Shown: positions 14,028 through 28,283 of the stretch, piece after piece
How the letters are laid out: each line of letters begins with the position of its first letter
Position numbering within the stretch: the first letter of the stretch is position 1
Assembly (NCBI GenBank): GCA_964016885.1
Contig: OZ024745.1
Coordinates: 129,518,001-129,582,000, forward strand
Length of the DNA: 64,000 bases
Direction of reading: 5' to 3'
Origin: Eledone cirrhosa
Lineage: Eukaryota
Program-made: the position numbers and the translations under genes
Notes under the pieces: generated by a model
What the model was told of the DNA's origin: nothing
The model's input: only the letters and a program-made list of their open reading frames with translations
Database searches by the model: none

Positions 14028-14030
<3 letters not shown>
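13576..14030 (-). pseudogene. Penelope-like (Neptune-type) reverse transcriptase fragment, frameshifted
   Basis: VIPHDDGLCALRHFLD...LLRLAELVLT...(fs)GEFYQQVSGVVMGIRMGPNYANLF...RYIDD...VPFLDI...TSIFYK are PLE RT motifs. Confidence 0.9.
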
Positions 14031-14070
<40 letters not shown>

Positions 14071-14072
<2 letters not shown>

Positions 14073-14170
14073 GTAGGAGGTGAGTTTTATTGTAGCATAA
14101 TAACGCAATGCAAATATCGGATAAGTAGCACTCTACAGTTTGTAGGACTGGAGTTTAACCATCTTTTGAT

Positions 14171-14175
<5 letters not shown>
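14071..14175. mobile_element. Family D minimal copy (inverted tail plus arm end) in (TA)n
   Basis: 14071-14154 is the reverse complement of 28617-28700; 14155-14175 equals 28586-28608. Confidence 0.8.
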
Positions 14176-14233
<58 letters not shown>

Positions 14234-14373
14234 CACTTTGTCTATATTTTTTCATTTTACTCTCTGCCATTCACAACGTTGATTAATGATTTACAAAAGA
14301 CCTTTTAAAAATGTTTTGCTGAGGCGAAAAATAAAACTGGCAAGAATTATTATTATTAGTATTATTATTAAAG

Positions 14374-14547
14374 CCGGTGGATTGGCAGAGTCGGTAGAGC
14401 TTTGCAGCATAGAGTTACGGCTCTTTATGATCTGAGTTCAAATCCCACCGAGGTTAGCTTTGCCTTTCATCCTTACGGGGTCGATAAAACAAAGTACCAG
14501 TAACACACTGGAGTAATTGCTGGCCTTGTGCCAAAAGTAGAAACAAG
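14374..14547 (+). mobile_element. SINE family S1
   Basis: GGTGGATTGGCAGAGTCGG...GAGTTCAAATCCC...GCCTTTCATCCTTACGGGGTCGATAAAA...GTAGAAACAA. Confidence 0.9.
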
Positions 14548-15169
14548 TTTTAGTATTATTATAAATACGTCTCCATAGACGTTTGTGAGCATTTTCGTGA
14601 GGTTTCATTGCATATAAATATACATGTGTATAAATGTAGAAACAAAAATATTCTCACACACACACACACATAAATAGCTACACATATATTCATACATACA
14701 CACACACATACACACACACACATACACATACACACATTCACACACACTTTCCCCCTCTCACTCAAACACACAGAAAACAGAAAAAAGACCAGTTGTAAAG
14801 CTTAGATGCTTATATAAATGGTAATTGATAATAATCAAGTAAAATAATAAACAGCACAGACAAGTAATAGCAGGCATCAACATCTTTAAAAACAAAGCTA
14901 ACAATACCAATAATAACAATAATATGACGAAAGGGGTAATAACAATAGGCCTCAGTATAATGGTTTCGTAAGATGATAAAAACAACAAAACACAATCATA
15001 ACATTTCAATATAGAATTTTTTTTACTGAATAATGATAAATTGGTGAGGAAAGATAAAGCAAAACAAAAAATAAAATTTCAGTTATCTCAACCAAAGCGG
15101 TCATTGTATACGTGGCTCAAATATATGGGTTGCTGGGGGTGTTAGAGCAATGGCTCTAAATGGTTGTCT

Positions 15170-15400
15170 CCTAGAGAAGGAGCTTCGCATCCCAGAGAGG
15201 GAATTTCAAATCCCAGAGAAAGAATTTCGAATCCCAGTGAAGAAACTTCAAATCCCTGGGAATGAAGTCCGAATCCCAAAGAAGGAATTTCAAATCCCAG
15301 GGAAGGAATTTCAAAAACTAGAGAAAGAATTTCGAACCCAGGGAAGGTACTGCAAATTGCAGGAAAAGAATTCCGAATCGCAGAGAAGGAATTTCAAGAA
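15170..15400. repeat. 21-bp degenerate minisatellite, ~11 copies
   Basis: Consensus approximately CCCAGAGAAGGAATTTCAAAT. Confidence 0.85.
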
Positions 15401-15857
15401 GTTTCACCAGGAAGTAAGAAGTTATGCTAGTCTGTGCAAGAATCCAAACGTTGGAAGAGTAGTGTATATCGTGTATATATCAAATGGAATACCAATACGC
15501 CTAACTAAGAGGGCGATCACGGTTTCACAATTCCTTAAAAAACTGCTGCTTTAAACTTAATCAAGTTTAAGACTATATAGTTGTTAAGGCTTGAAATGCT
15601 TGCTCTTGTCTATATGGTGCTCGAGTTGAATTTGATGATTTTATTTATTATAAGTTGTTAAAAACTGGGAGTAAAGGCCGATATCATATTAGTTGTATGT
15701 ATGATCATAAATTGGTAGCGACTATCTGACTTATATTTTACTTGAAAATAAGATTGATATCTAGGCTTGCTATTTTCAACTAGCTTTCACAGTTGTTGAA
15801 AGTTACAGGTTAACTTACTGGATATGACAAAATACATATCATTATATGATCACAATA

Positions 15858-16040
15858 GTGGATTGGCAGTATCGGTGGAGGGTCGGACGCCATGCTTTCC
15901 AGCATAGTTACGTCCCTTTACGATCTGAGTTCAAATCCCGCTGAGGTTGACTTTGCCTTTCATCCTTACGGGGTCGATAAAATAAAGTACCAGTAATGCA
16001 CTGGGTAATTGCTGGCCTTGTGCCTAAAGTAGAAACAATT
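15858..16040 (+). mobile_element. SINE family S1
   Basis: Full A box, B box, body and tail. Confidence 0.9.
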
Positions 16041-16823
16041 AAATGATCACAATAGATGAGAAACAGAAAACGTAAGCTATAATGTTACAATCATCCTTTT
16101 AAACCAATATTAAGCACGTACATCACAGACAATTATCAAACATAAACAATACACGCTTTCCCAATTAACACAAATATAACAAACTCTTCGTCAGCTATTA
16201 AATGAAACACCACGATGTCTTCTTTTCAAATAAAACAACAAAAAATCATTTAACAATGATGTCTGTTTTAAAATAAAAGAACAAATAATCATTTAAACAT
16301 GATGCTTTTTTCTGATGAAACATAAATAATTATTTTTATCGTGTAATTAAACTAATATTTATTCACTGTATTAATAAATATAGCCCAACGCGCCACATGG
16401 CGAAACTCAAAGTCACAACTCTTAAGTTTCAGTTTAGATTAAATTATATGTAACTATAGACCTCGTATATATAATGTGTTTGTATATAGGGTATGTTCAA
16501 GAGAAATGTGTGAACAAAGAGAAAAAATACTCACAAAGAGATATTCTCCTATTTCTTATTTGTTAGAAGCTGACATCTTCGCTAATCATTTTTACGCGAT
16601 TCACATTTCCGATCATCAGACGGCAAGGGAGGTCATCACAATCATTTGCTCGCGACACGTTGGGATTTTCGGTTCCATCCATCATCAATCCTAATCAAGT
16701 AATATTGAGTAATAATAAAGATTTCCTCATCCATGGTAATCTATGGTAATCTGCGATTACCCTCCTGACCAGATTTCTTTAAATCCCTGATGCGAACCTG
16801 TGTGAGTACCCTGGTAGAGTAAA

Positions 16824-16925
16824 TAATTGTTTCTACTTTTGGCACAAGGCCAGTAATTACCCAGTGCATTACTGGTACTTTATTTTATAGACCCCATAAG
16901 GATGAAAAGCAAAGTTAACCTCGGT
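16824..16925 (-). mobile_element. SINE family S1, 5'-truncated
   Basis: Reverse complement of the S1 3' half. Confidence 0.85.
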
Positions 16926-17724
16926 ATATAAATAATAACAGAAAACAGTTATTTATAACTGTACATTTTTAGGCCTATCCGGGAGTTTTCTGAAACTATT
17001 TTACTTATATGCAGTCGATATTCGTTTTCGCCATTATTAGGCCTGTGCTGCGAGGGATTCATGAGTTTAACAAACACTGTTTATTAAATGAGGACTTGCT
17101 GTTTATTCAACAATTAATGACATTAATTTTACTTTTAAAATAACCTATAAATCAGTACAAGTTTGATATCAGCGGTAGAAACTTGTTAAACGAAATACAA
17201 GACACGTTTTGTCTAGGTCAATAAAATGACAGTAAACAAAACATATTTCGGGGAGAAAACATTTTTCAATGCATTCCAATGTAACATTAAATATAGTGAA
17301 GCCCGTCTTCTTGTCACAGGAAACGACAAGATACTATGTTATACATATGTAGAACATAACATGTAAACTCTTACCAATACGCAGCAACCAGCAATTGAGG
17401 ATTCCTGCGGTATTAGCGCAATCTAATAGAGTAACACTGTCGTGCGATGGTTGACACCTTGTTGATGATACATTAGATTACCTCTTGATGTACATCGTTA
17501 ATACAGGGTGGCCATTGAAAGACTTGTTCGTTTTCAATCTTTTTATTTTCTTTTTTTTTTGCAGGTTATAGAGCATCCCTTGTTTTTCACATATAATACT
17601 GAAAAAATTACATTACATTATAATTTCAAATAAAATAATAATAATAAAAAAATGTGTTTGTAAAAGCTATTTTTGTTTTATATCATTCAGTCTTTCCGTG
17701 GCCACCCAATACAAGACAGTTTCA

Positions 17725-18230
17725 TCGTTATTGTCATCATCCAGCGCCTCAGCCGAAAGAATTGATCTCCACGTGGATCTGTTGTGTATTGCCGTTGCAC
17801 AGTCCTGGATTTCAATACCAGAATCTCTGGAGATGACATCGGGATAGGAGAGTTTCTGGCTCCTCTTAATTAGTGACTGCTTGTGGTTTCCAAAGCACTA
17901 ATCGGGACACATCCTTATAGATAGCACGATGACAGTAACCAGCAAATCTTACTTTCCGTTTACGTACAAAGACAGATGTGAGTGGGAAGTCGGCATATAT
18001 TTCTTTGAAAGTCAAATTTCGCCAGCTTATATTCTGAATGCGTCGAAGTAGGTGAGTATGCCGGTATGCAATTAGTGTCTATAATAGGTTCTATGAACTA
18101 TTCTGTACTGATGATTGCATTGAGACGAAATACTCCAACCTAATTGTTGCAAATGAGGAAGTTGCTCTTTCCAGCTTACCCAATGAGACCAAAAGGAAGA
18201 TCACGAAATTGAGCCCACATATCTTAGTAT
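17725..18230 (-). mobile_element. Decayed LINE ORF2 3' end (RTE-X-like)
   Basis: Minus-strand pieces LRRIQNISWRN, VSRLVLWKP, YPDVISRDSG and NRSTWRSI. Confidence 0.6.
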
Positions 18231-18902
18231 CCAGTACAACTCAAATCCACCTAGTTTACTGAAAAGCGAAATGACCCGATGCAAAAATGACCTTGACGAG
18301 GCGTGCACAACTGCTCTTGCATCGTAACATTTATTAGAAAATATTAATATTTATTGGTGAAGTTATAAAGAATGTAACATATGCGAGAAAAGATTGTTTG
18401 ACCTCTAAATATTTTTCGCTATAAAGCCTAACTTTTTCAGCTACTTGAAATGACGAGGCCAATAATCAGTATAATCACATTTGTAATCTATTGTTAGTTC
18501 TTTATGAAAAAATTTAGTATGCTCTTTCAAAGACAGTTCACCATATTCACTTATATGGGACTTAAGTCTCGTTACTATTTCTTAATACAGTTTAATATTT
18601 CCCTTCCTTCATTGATTTCCTTATATAGATTTCTCTTTGATCTACGTCTAGGTGAAATAATTTTTCATTTCATTTTGTTATGCCACACAGCGTCGAAGAG
18701 CTAAAGTATGATTCTCAAAATCTTCCACAGCTGTTGAATTTCTCAGTGAGAAATAATTTCTGAATATGTTACGATAACGGAAATTGTATGCGATTTCATA
18801 CCTAAAAAGTGGACATAAAATTGTGTTAAATAGCCGTTGGAAAAGATTAGAGGCGGCCAGAACGGTGAAGATCACACACACACACACACGCACACGCACA
18901 CG

Positions 18903-18943
<41 letters not shown>

Positions 18944-19534
18944 GCACCCGCGTGTTTGATTGTTAATTTTGCCTTGACTCCGAGGGAACAGAGACATGAA
19001 ACAAACAACAATTAAGTATTTATATACACAAACCTACACCCACATTCTCGCATATATATATATATATATATATATATAAATCTGGCCAAACATTCTAACC
19101 CCACAGTGTGGTTTTCATCACGGACGCAGCCCAGCTGAGAAGTCCTTGATATATATAAATATATATATATATTCATATACGCAAACATATATATTCGTGG
19201 CTGTCCACCAGTGAAAGATTTTTGTTTTATATATAATTATATATCAAACAATCAAACGGACATCTCATTACAGTCACAATTTTCTTTCAATCAAATGATG
19301 TCCCGAAAACTAAAGAGGTGTCATAAACAATCATTGCCCACTCAAGTATGTTAAGACTTCTTTAATGATTAAAAAATTAAGTGAAAGGCCAAACATCTTA
19401 TTAAGTCTAAAACAGAAGGTCAAACGACATGAATCCGAGAAACTGCAGTGAACTCAATCTGGTGGTCACTGAAATATCTATATAGTAAGTGCCGTACTAA
19501 GAGTGAGAAATGAAATTTCGTTTCATTCTATTCC

Positions 19535-19607
<73 letters not shown>

Positions 19608-19614
19608 TATATAT

Positions 19615-19645
<31 letters not shown>

Positions 19646-19744
19646 GTGTGTGTATATATAATATATATATATGCATACATATTTATATATATATATATAA
19701 AATGTATATGTATATATATGTATGTATGTATATAAATATATAAG

Positions 19745-19779
<35 letters not shown>

Positions 19780-20230
19780 GCGTTTTGTATTGTATTTGGA
19801 AAGCACAGAAAGAGGTAGTAAAAATATTATATACAGAAATGAAGGTGAGAGAGAAGAGAAGAAATGGAGAGGGAAAATGAGAGAATGAAAGAGAGGAGAA
19901 CAGGGAAAGAAGGGGAGAATATGTGATTAGTATGTGAGTAGAGTAGTAGAAGGAAAGGGAAAAAATGAGAGAATGTGTCAGAAATACGGCCGATAGCCAA
20001 TCCGTCTCAAACTTGCTCTCTACTGTAATTCGATCACTAATATAACCCAGCGTAACCTTTCTTTTAACCTTACAAATAACTTTCAGGGTTTTGTGTCAAA
20101 TAAATTGTGGAATGAATTCTTGTCAAATCTTTCCGTCAGTACCAATACTTGATTAAGTCCATTTACTATAACATAACTACTATCTCTCTTATATTCTATT
20201 AACTTCTATCAGTAAATATAATACAATATA

Positions 20231-20289
<59 letters not shown>

Positions 20290-20428
20290 TGTGAAAAATT
20301 CGGGATCCTGATGGGTGAGCTGCGGCCGTTTCAACAGGTAGACTGAATTTTTCATATTACCCACTCTACTACCCCAGGTATCGAGTACTCTGGTTAATAA
20401 TGGTTTAACTGGTTTCAACTGCCTCTAT

Positions 20429-20477
<49 letters not shown>

Positions 20478-20608
20478 AAGGAACCAGATGGACCATAACG
20501 CACCAGAGTACTCAATACTTAGGGTGAGTAATAGGAAAATGTCTAAATGTTTAAATGTTAAACTTTTTCATATATATAGGAAAATGTTTAACATTTGCAG
20601 AAGATCTC

Positions 20609-20749
20609 GTTAAGGGTGAAAGCAGCGATTCTTTGCTTAAACTTTAATCTGTTATTTTAATAGATATTTGCTATACGGTTCTTATATATTTGATATATAT
20701 TTTTCCTTATCGAGCCCTCTTTGGATTTTAGTCTTCAAATGTATTATTA

Positions 20750-20752
<3 letters not shown>
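20609..20752 (+). mobile_element. Family H element with a 3' half HHR-like motif
   Basis: GGGT-GAAA-GCA...TGC-TTA followed by a tail into (TA)n. Rearranged copy at 47291-47430. Confidence 0.55.
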
Positions 20753-20829
<77 letters not shown>

Positions 20830-21158
20830 TATATATATATAATTGGAAATTTAGTAAAATCAAATCTCTGGCGGTTTGCAAATAAATTCGGCCTACTTAT
20901 ATGAAATGATGAGTTAGCAAATCACTCGATAAGTTAGGTCCTTAGAGTAATAACATACGTTTAAATAGCTTGACAAATCGAACATTGTGGTAGGCAAATG
21001 TAACACACAATACTATACCAAAGTAACGATAGAACTAACAGGTTGAGAAAATACACCTGGACAAATCAAACGATTAATCGTTTAAAGTGTTTCTTTGAAT
21101 CCGAAATCAAATATCTGACTTAGGCGACAGCTAAGCTCGTGGTATTCATGATCGAACA

Positions 21159-21280
<122 letters not shown>

Positions 21281-21292
21281 ATATATTATATA

Positions 21293-21600
<308 letters not shown>

Positions 21601-22456
21601 AGATGCAGAGTGCGTATAGAGTGTATAAGTGGATGTAGAATTTAGATTTGAGATATCAGATTTGAAATTTTGAAAATAGAAGACACATTTCTACATTTTT
21701 CCTATAGACGCATAAAACAACTTGAAAATAGTGAACCGGCAAGACAGGAGACCCATGAAGGAAGCCAGTCAAATATAAAAAGAAGCATGTCCCGGTATTA
21801 TATTTGTCATTATTCCACCATTTCGTCATGGCTTCTCGAATTGTCAGATGCAACTTGTAAGTGGTACGAAGAGAGCAGAAACTACGATGGGAAATCTACA
21901 TAGTCACTGGATTTGCTGGAAATAGCTGACAAATCTGTTTAAAATAATCCTATAAGAACTTATAAAAATAGGGCGCATTAGATAAAATAGTTCTAAATAA
22001 TTTATGTATGGAAAACAAACAGCATAATCACAGGCTGAACGTATTTGACCACAGGGTTACTCACACCGAAACAAAAACAAAATTAACAAAACTAACAACG
22101 TCAACAATAAGAACACGAACAGTAACCAAAACTGCAATTCTAATATTGCAAAACCAATACTCAAGTTGTTTGATTTTAGGCGGGTCATCTGCATTATAAT
22201 TGATTATGTTCCATGAATTTCCAGTACTGAGTACAACATATTTTCATGGGTAAACACCATGCTGTAGGTGCAATATCTGCAATAATCACAACAATAAGAA
22301 CGTTAACTGCAGCAGGTGGCTCTATTAGCATCTTGGGTATGTTGAATCTCTATTAAAGAACAACTCTGAAATGTTGCGAGGAGGTTTTAGAAGAGAAATA
22401 TTCACGATGATGATGATGTTTTTGCTGTTTTAACTGTTTTTCTTGTTCTTCTTGTT

Positions 22457-22487
<31 letters not shown>

Positions 22488-22839
22488 CCGCGAGAAAAAA
22501 AGAAGAGAATAATAGAGAATAGTTTTGCATGTGAAAGGAAGCAGGTGGAATATATTACCAGTATACCATTACTGGCAGAATGTGCACCAAAATGCAATCA
22601 AGAGAATTGGCCAAGGGCTCTGGTCACTGTTACTCAATCGTAGATAAGACTCTATAACACTCTGGCAACAGCAAAGAAAACTGAAAGATATCAAACGCTA
22701 ATTCTTTGGTGAGGGTACTAGATTGAAACGTAAATTAACTGGATATGTGTATGTGCGTGTGTGTATATGTATATATACACACGTGTGTGTGTGTATATAT
22801 ATATATGTATATATAAGGAGCTTCAGGGGCAGTGAGCGA

Positions 22840-22890
<51 letters not shown>

Positions 22891-23008
22891 GTATACACGT
22901 GTGTATATTCATGTGTACCAGTTTGAGCACGTTCACTGTCGATAGGGAAATGTAAGAGAGGTGAGGTGAAAAAATTGAATAGGTAGACAGAATATACATA
23001 TAAATATT

Positions 23009-23087
<79 letters not shown>

Positions 23088-23116
23088 CATATACTTATCT
23101 CTCCTTCTCTGTCTCC

Positions 23117-23159
<43 letters not shown>

Positions 23160-23186
23160 ATACACACACAAACACATATATATATG

Positions 23187-23289
<103 letters not shown>

Positions 23290-23296
23290 ATATATA

Positions 23297-23649
<353 letters not shown>

Positions 23650-23745
23650 AGGTAAGTGGGAAATGAAGGAATCAGAATTAGTTTGGCTGGCTGCATTTCA
23701 TAATTTTTATACAAATATCTCTTATATTTATTGTATATATGTGCG

Positions 23746-23838
23746 GACTTTGCCTTTCATCCTTACGGGGTCGATAAAATAAAGTACCAGTAATGCACTG
23801 GGTAATTGCTGGCCTTGTGCCAAAAGTAGAAACAATAA
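23746..23838 (+). mobile_element. SINE family S1, 5'-truncated
   Basis: Body and tail only. Confidence 0.85.
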
Positions 23839-23892
23839 TTTCTTATATCAAAACTCTACAATTCTGTATATTGACCAGCGTTTGATTCACAT

Positions 23893-25118
23893 TCTTCTTC
23901 TTCTTCTTCTTCTTCTTCTTCTTCTTCTTCTTCTTCTTCTTCTTCTTCTTCTTCTTCTTCTTCTTCTCCTCCTCCTCCTCCTCCTCCTCCTCCTCCTCCT
24001 CCTCCTCCTCCTCCTCCTCTGCACTCACTTATTTCTGGTAGCGCCATGGGGACAGAGTACTGAAACACTCCTTCCTGCGGTTCGTGTCAGAAGCAACCGT
24101 CTCCAACTGATCCGGTTGGAACCCAAGCGGGACAAGTCGAGCTCATGGATGTTTTCCAAACAATTTTTATCGGGGTCTTCCCCTGGGTCTCTTGCCAGAT
24201 TGGTTTTGTCCGTAAATTTTGTCCAACCATTCTAACCCCACAGTGTGGTTTTCATCACGGACGCAGCCTAGCCGACAAGTCAAGTCCTTGATAAATTGTA
24301 TGAGCACAGGAAAGTGGGGCATGATTGCTTCGTAGATCTCGAAATAGCATATAACCGCGTTCCACGGGAATTTCAGTTGAATATTCTGCCGGAATATGGA
24401 ATCGAGTGATAGCTTCTTGTTGCACTGGTTCCTCTATAAGAATACCGTATTATATATTATTTTTCGGATAAATAGTGCTAAATGAAAATCATTCAGTGTG
24501 GGATTCAGATTCCTGTTCATAAACGTCATAAACAGGATTGACATGCACAGACTGGTTGCAAGTGGTATCATGGGTGGCGGGTGTAGAGTCACTCAGCTGG
24601 AATTTTCAGGCGATATGGTATTACTTAACTTGTCAAAAGGTAATCTCCGACATGCCCTTGATAATTTCCATGCCGAGTGCTGCAAGACAGGAATGAAAAG
24701 AAGTGTGGCGAAGATATTTGTCCTCTAAAGGACTCTGATTGTGAGTAAAGTTCCACTGAAGCACTTGGAAAATTTCCAGTATCTCGGGATCGTGTTCACG
24801 AGTGATGGAAGGCAGGAGGCTGAATTAAGTACAAGAATTTCAAGTGCAGGTGCAGTAATGTGAAAGCTTCAACATTCGGACATCGGCAAAAGGGAGAAGT
24901 GTAAAAGCCAAAATTCATTTCAATTTGGTATCTTTGCTAACTCTTACTTATGGTCATGAATCTTGGGTAATGACAAAGAGAATACAAGCGCCCGAAAAGG
25001 CTTCTTCCGAAGGGACTTTGGAGCAAGGTTAGTCGACAGAGTGTATAACTGGAAGATACGAGAGTCACTCCAGGTAAAGTCGCTATTTCCCAGAATTGAT
25101 AGATTACTGCTCCGATAC
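23893..25118 (-). mobile_element. RTE-clade LINE with 5' inversion
   Basis: Minus-strand 3' end with (GAG)n(GAA)n tail at 23893-24228. Plus-oriented decayed RT at 24229-25118: QCGF, FVDLEIAYNRVPR, FQYLGIVFTSDG, LTYGHESWVM. Confidence 0.85.
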
Positions 25119-25900
25119 TTTTTTCTTTTTATACTTATATTTTCTAGCTAGTGACATATTTAAATCCCGAGTTTGACACTTGCCGAGACCGATTTATCTT
25201 TATTATGTTAACAATGTAATAATCTCTTTATCTATCCTGACTACCTTAATGTTTATTATGCCCTGCTAGTATGCTACAAACTAAAGCTGATACCACATCC
25301 ATACAGCACCCACCTCCAAAACCCTCTACTTGTATACCGAGCGTCCATAATACCACCCTGGCTGTCATCGAAACGAATTCTGCACGAGTCACGAAATTTC
25401 TTTACATATAGATCAAGAAGCACGAACATTATACTTTCCTATTCCAAACTATTTGGAAACGCCGAAACCAAAGATCTAAATACTTTTTCGATAACTTTGA
25501 GTATGGTTAATAAGGTCGCATCGTATTTCAACGAATTAAGAAAAGATCTTGAAGTAGCCAAAGAATTCCGCAAACAGTACACGAGATACCACCTGACTGA
25601 CATTATCACACACACACACACAAACACACACACACGCACAAACACACACATGTACACACTCACACGCATACGCACAAACACACACACGCACGCACAAACA
25701 CACACATGCATACACTCACACGCATACACACACACACGCGCACAACCACACGCATGCACAGATTCACACGCATTCACACAAACACTCACACACACGCACA
25801 TACACACACACAAACACAGACAAGCACGCATACATATAGAGTATATATATAAAATATAGATTCCTTGGCTATGTCAAAATTTATAAAACACACTTTTGCA

Positions 25901-25958
25901 TTTTATCTGATGAAAGCGTACCAAAGTGTTTGGTACCCTTGAAATATATATAATAGAA
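25901..25958 (+). ncRNA. Type I hammerhead ribozyme (family E)
   Basis: TTTTAT-CTGATGA-AAGcGTACCAAA gtg TTTGGTACcCTT-GAAA-TATATA-TA-ATAGAA, with a palindromic stem III. Confidence 0.8.
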
Positions 25959-27694
25959 TAAATATGGTTTTATAAATATAGTTTCCATTATTTAATATCA
26001 TTGAACGTTTACTCCAAAACACTGTCGAGTGCTCTGAATCAGTTATAAACATTTATATTTGTGCGTATTTTTGTGAGTGTGTATAAAATCGGCATTTTGT
26101 TTCTGACATTTTATTTCAACCTTGAATTGAAAACTAATGGCTAAATCAAAATAGCACAATTAGTAACTGCTTTGCAGCACATTTAAAGATTAAAAAATAG
26201 TTTTTGTAGCAATCACACATGTGACAATGTATTTAGCTACAACCGTGTGTGGAATATCTTTCATTAGAATATAAAGGGATAAGATTCGTCCGTTCCTATT
26301 ACACATATTTATTTTCTTATTCATAGATACCAGTGCAGATTCACGCGCATAAAGATATACACATGCACATGCATGTATTCCTTAGAGCATGATACTAATG
26401 GAACTGTTCCATTCTATATATAGTCTTGGCTGTAGAATTAATGTATAGTCAAGAGGATACCGGATTTCGAGGAGCTTGTTTTATCTTATATTCAACACGT
26501 CCATTTTCAAATCTTTAAATAGCTGTTAAGAAAATATCTATTTCTTATTAAGGAGAAAACTCATGTTTGTGTGTAGTGATAGTTCAACCGATGATAATCG
26601 ATGTGAAGTGGTGTATAACACAAAAACGGGAAGCAGGATGGCTGGAATGTATCGGGTTTATGTCCCGCTGGAGGAGAAGAAAACAACTTGGTGACATCTA
26701 GGAATCAAGGGCTGAAACAATAGCTTGATGTGATTTCTTCCTCTGGATATTCTCCTGTTGCCCTTTTGCGCGTTTTAACTTTCTTTAGAAAGTCGAATCA
26801 AACTGCATTGTATAAAATTGTTCCGATTCTAAATTAGTTTGTGAATTGCTTCTCTTCCACAAATGTCTGAAAAGTATTTTTCTGCATTGATAAAATAGGA
26901 ATAAATCATGCTTTAATTTGCAGGGTACAGTTACTAGTTATGTACTGGAGGTTATTTCTGGTAAAAAACCTTGTGCTTAAGAGAACATTAGGCAAAACAT
27001 TTTTCTTTTATAATGGACTGTTTTCACTAAATTTCAGTATCACACAAACACGAATACAGATGTTTTGTTTTACTATAATTAAATTTTCCAGCAATGGATT
27101 CGGATTGAATCATTGCACTTTTACTAGGGATAACAACCTTTCAAAATATGCCAAAGTCAAAGTGTATAGCCGGTCTCACAAACTGATAGAAATAGCATCC
27201 AACACTTTCGAAATATACCGTGAAATAAGAAAGGGCTCCTTAGACTTTGCATTCTTACACATCTTTTAAGGGACAGGATTATCAGGGCTAGTATCATGTG
27301 GTAATATATTCATTTGATTAGGTTTGACTTGTAGCTAATCAATAAAAGTTTTCTTCAAAAGAGAAACCTGTGAACAGGTCATACTTATAAACAACTCCTG
27401 TGAGATTGTAGCAAAGTTGCAAATAAATCGCTGATGAACCGAGGCTAATCCATTTCTTTCAACAAATTACTGGTGAAACATATCTTTGGATTTGTACGTG
27501 TGTTATATAGTTATAGAGATATTTATTTACGCTTTAATTTATATTTTTAATTATCGTGTCTATAGTCTGCCTTTCATAGGTTATAGATTCCATACACTGG
27601 TGGGTTTTTTCCCTGTTTTATCGATAGCGCACTGTATATTTCTCTCTGGTGTGTTACCTTTTCAACATATTGTATATATATATATATATATATA

Positions 27695-28232
27695 TATTGT
27701 TATACTTGGGTGGGGGGGGGGGTCATGTTGCCAATAAGAAACACACGCACCAGTTGCTTCACTCCAATTTATTATAAATTAGATTATAAATTTAAAAATT
27801 TATAAATTTCCGGTTGGTTGGTTGGTTCCACAACCGGACGGTTGTTCATATATTGTCAAAGTTCTTTCGTCACACATTCTGTGACCTCTTCAGTGACTGG
27901 GGATTCTTTTCTTTGTTTTGTGCCTCTCCTTTGTTCTGTCCTACGCCATCTTGTTTTTGACAAGAGGCACAAAACAAAGAAAAAAATCCCCAGTCACTGA
28001 AGAGGTCACATAGTGTGTGACGAAAGAACTTTGACAATATATGAAGAACCGTCCGGTTGTGGAACCAACCAACCGTAAATTTATAATTTCTTAAATTTAT
28101 AATTTAATTTATAATAAATTGGAGTGAAAGTATCTGGTGCGTGTGTTTCTTATTGGCAACATGACCCTCCCAAAGTATAACAATATCGGTTTCAACACAC
28201 GTTTTCAGATAAAGATTCTTGCTAAACAAATT

Positions 28233-28234
<2 letters not shown>
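27695..28234 (+). mobile_element. Family F fold-back element (~230-bp arms plus 48-bp tail) with two HHRs
   Basis: Arms at 27695-27929 and 27963-28186. HHR GTCA-CTGAAGA-gGTCACA tagtg TGTGAC-GAAA-GAAC-TT-TGAC at 27993-28035 (+), mirrored at 27855-27897 (-). Flanked by (TA)n. Confidence 0.85.

Positions 28235-28273
<39 letters not shown>

Positions 28274-28283
<10 letters not shown>

Larger units (their letters stand above)
12910..14030 (-). mobile_element. 5'-truncated, internally deleted Neptune-type Penelope-like retroelement with tandem pLTRs
   Basis: RT fragment at 13576-14030 followed on the minus strand by ~1.4 copies of a 434-bp pLTR, each with an HHR. Both ends lie in (TA)n. Confidence 0.88.

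Noticed and set aside
15150-15554. 134-aa ORF with IPEKEFR heptads
   Set aside because: Explained by a 21-bp minisatellite. The flanks do not look coding and I found no splice support, though it is not formally excluded.
23843-24235. Poly-E, -K, -G and -L ORFs (also 52417-52860 and 60957-61749)
   Set aside because: They derive from trinucleotide repeats and LINE tails.
26780-27480. Possible exon or decayed transposase (109-aa ORF at 26940)
   Set aside because: No recognisable motifs or convincing splice sites on either strand.
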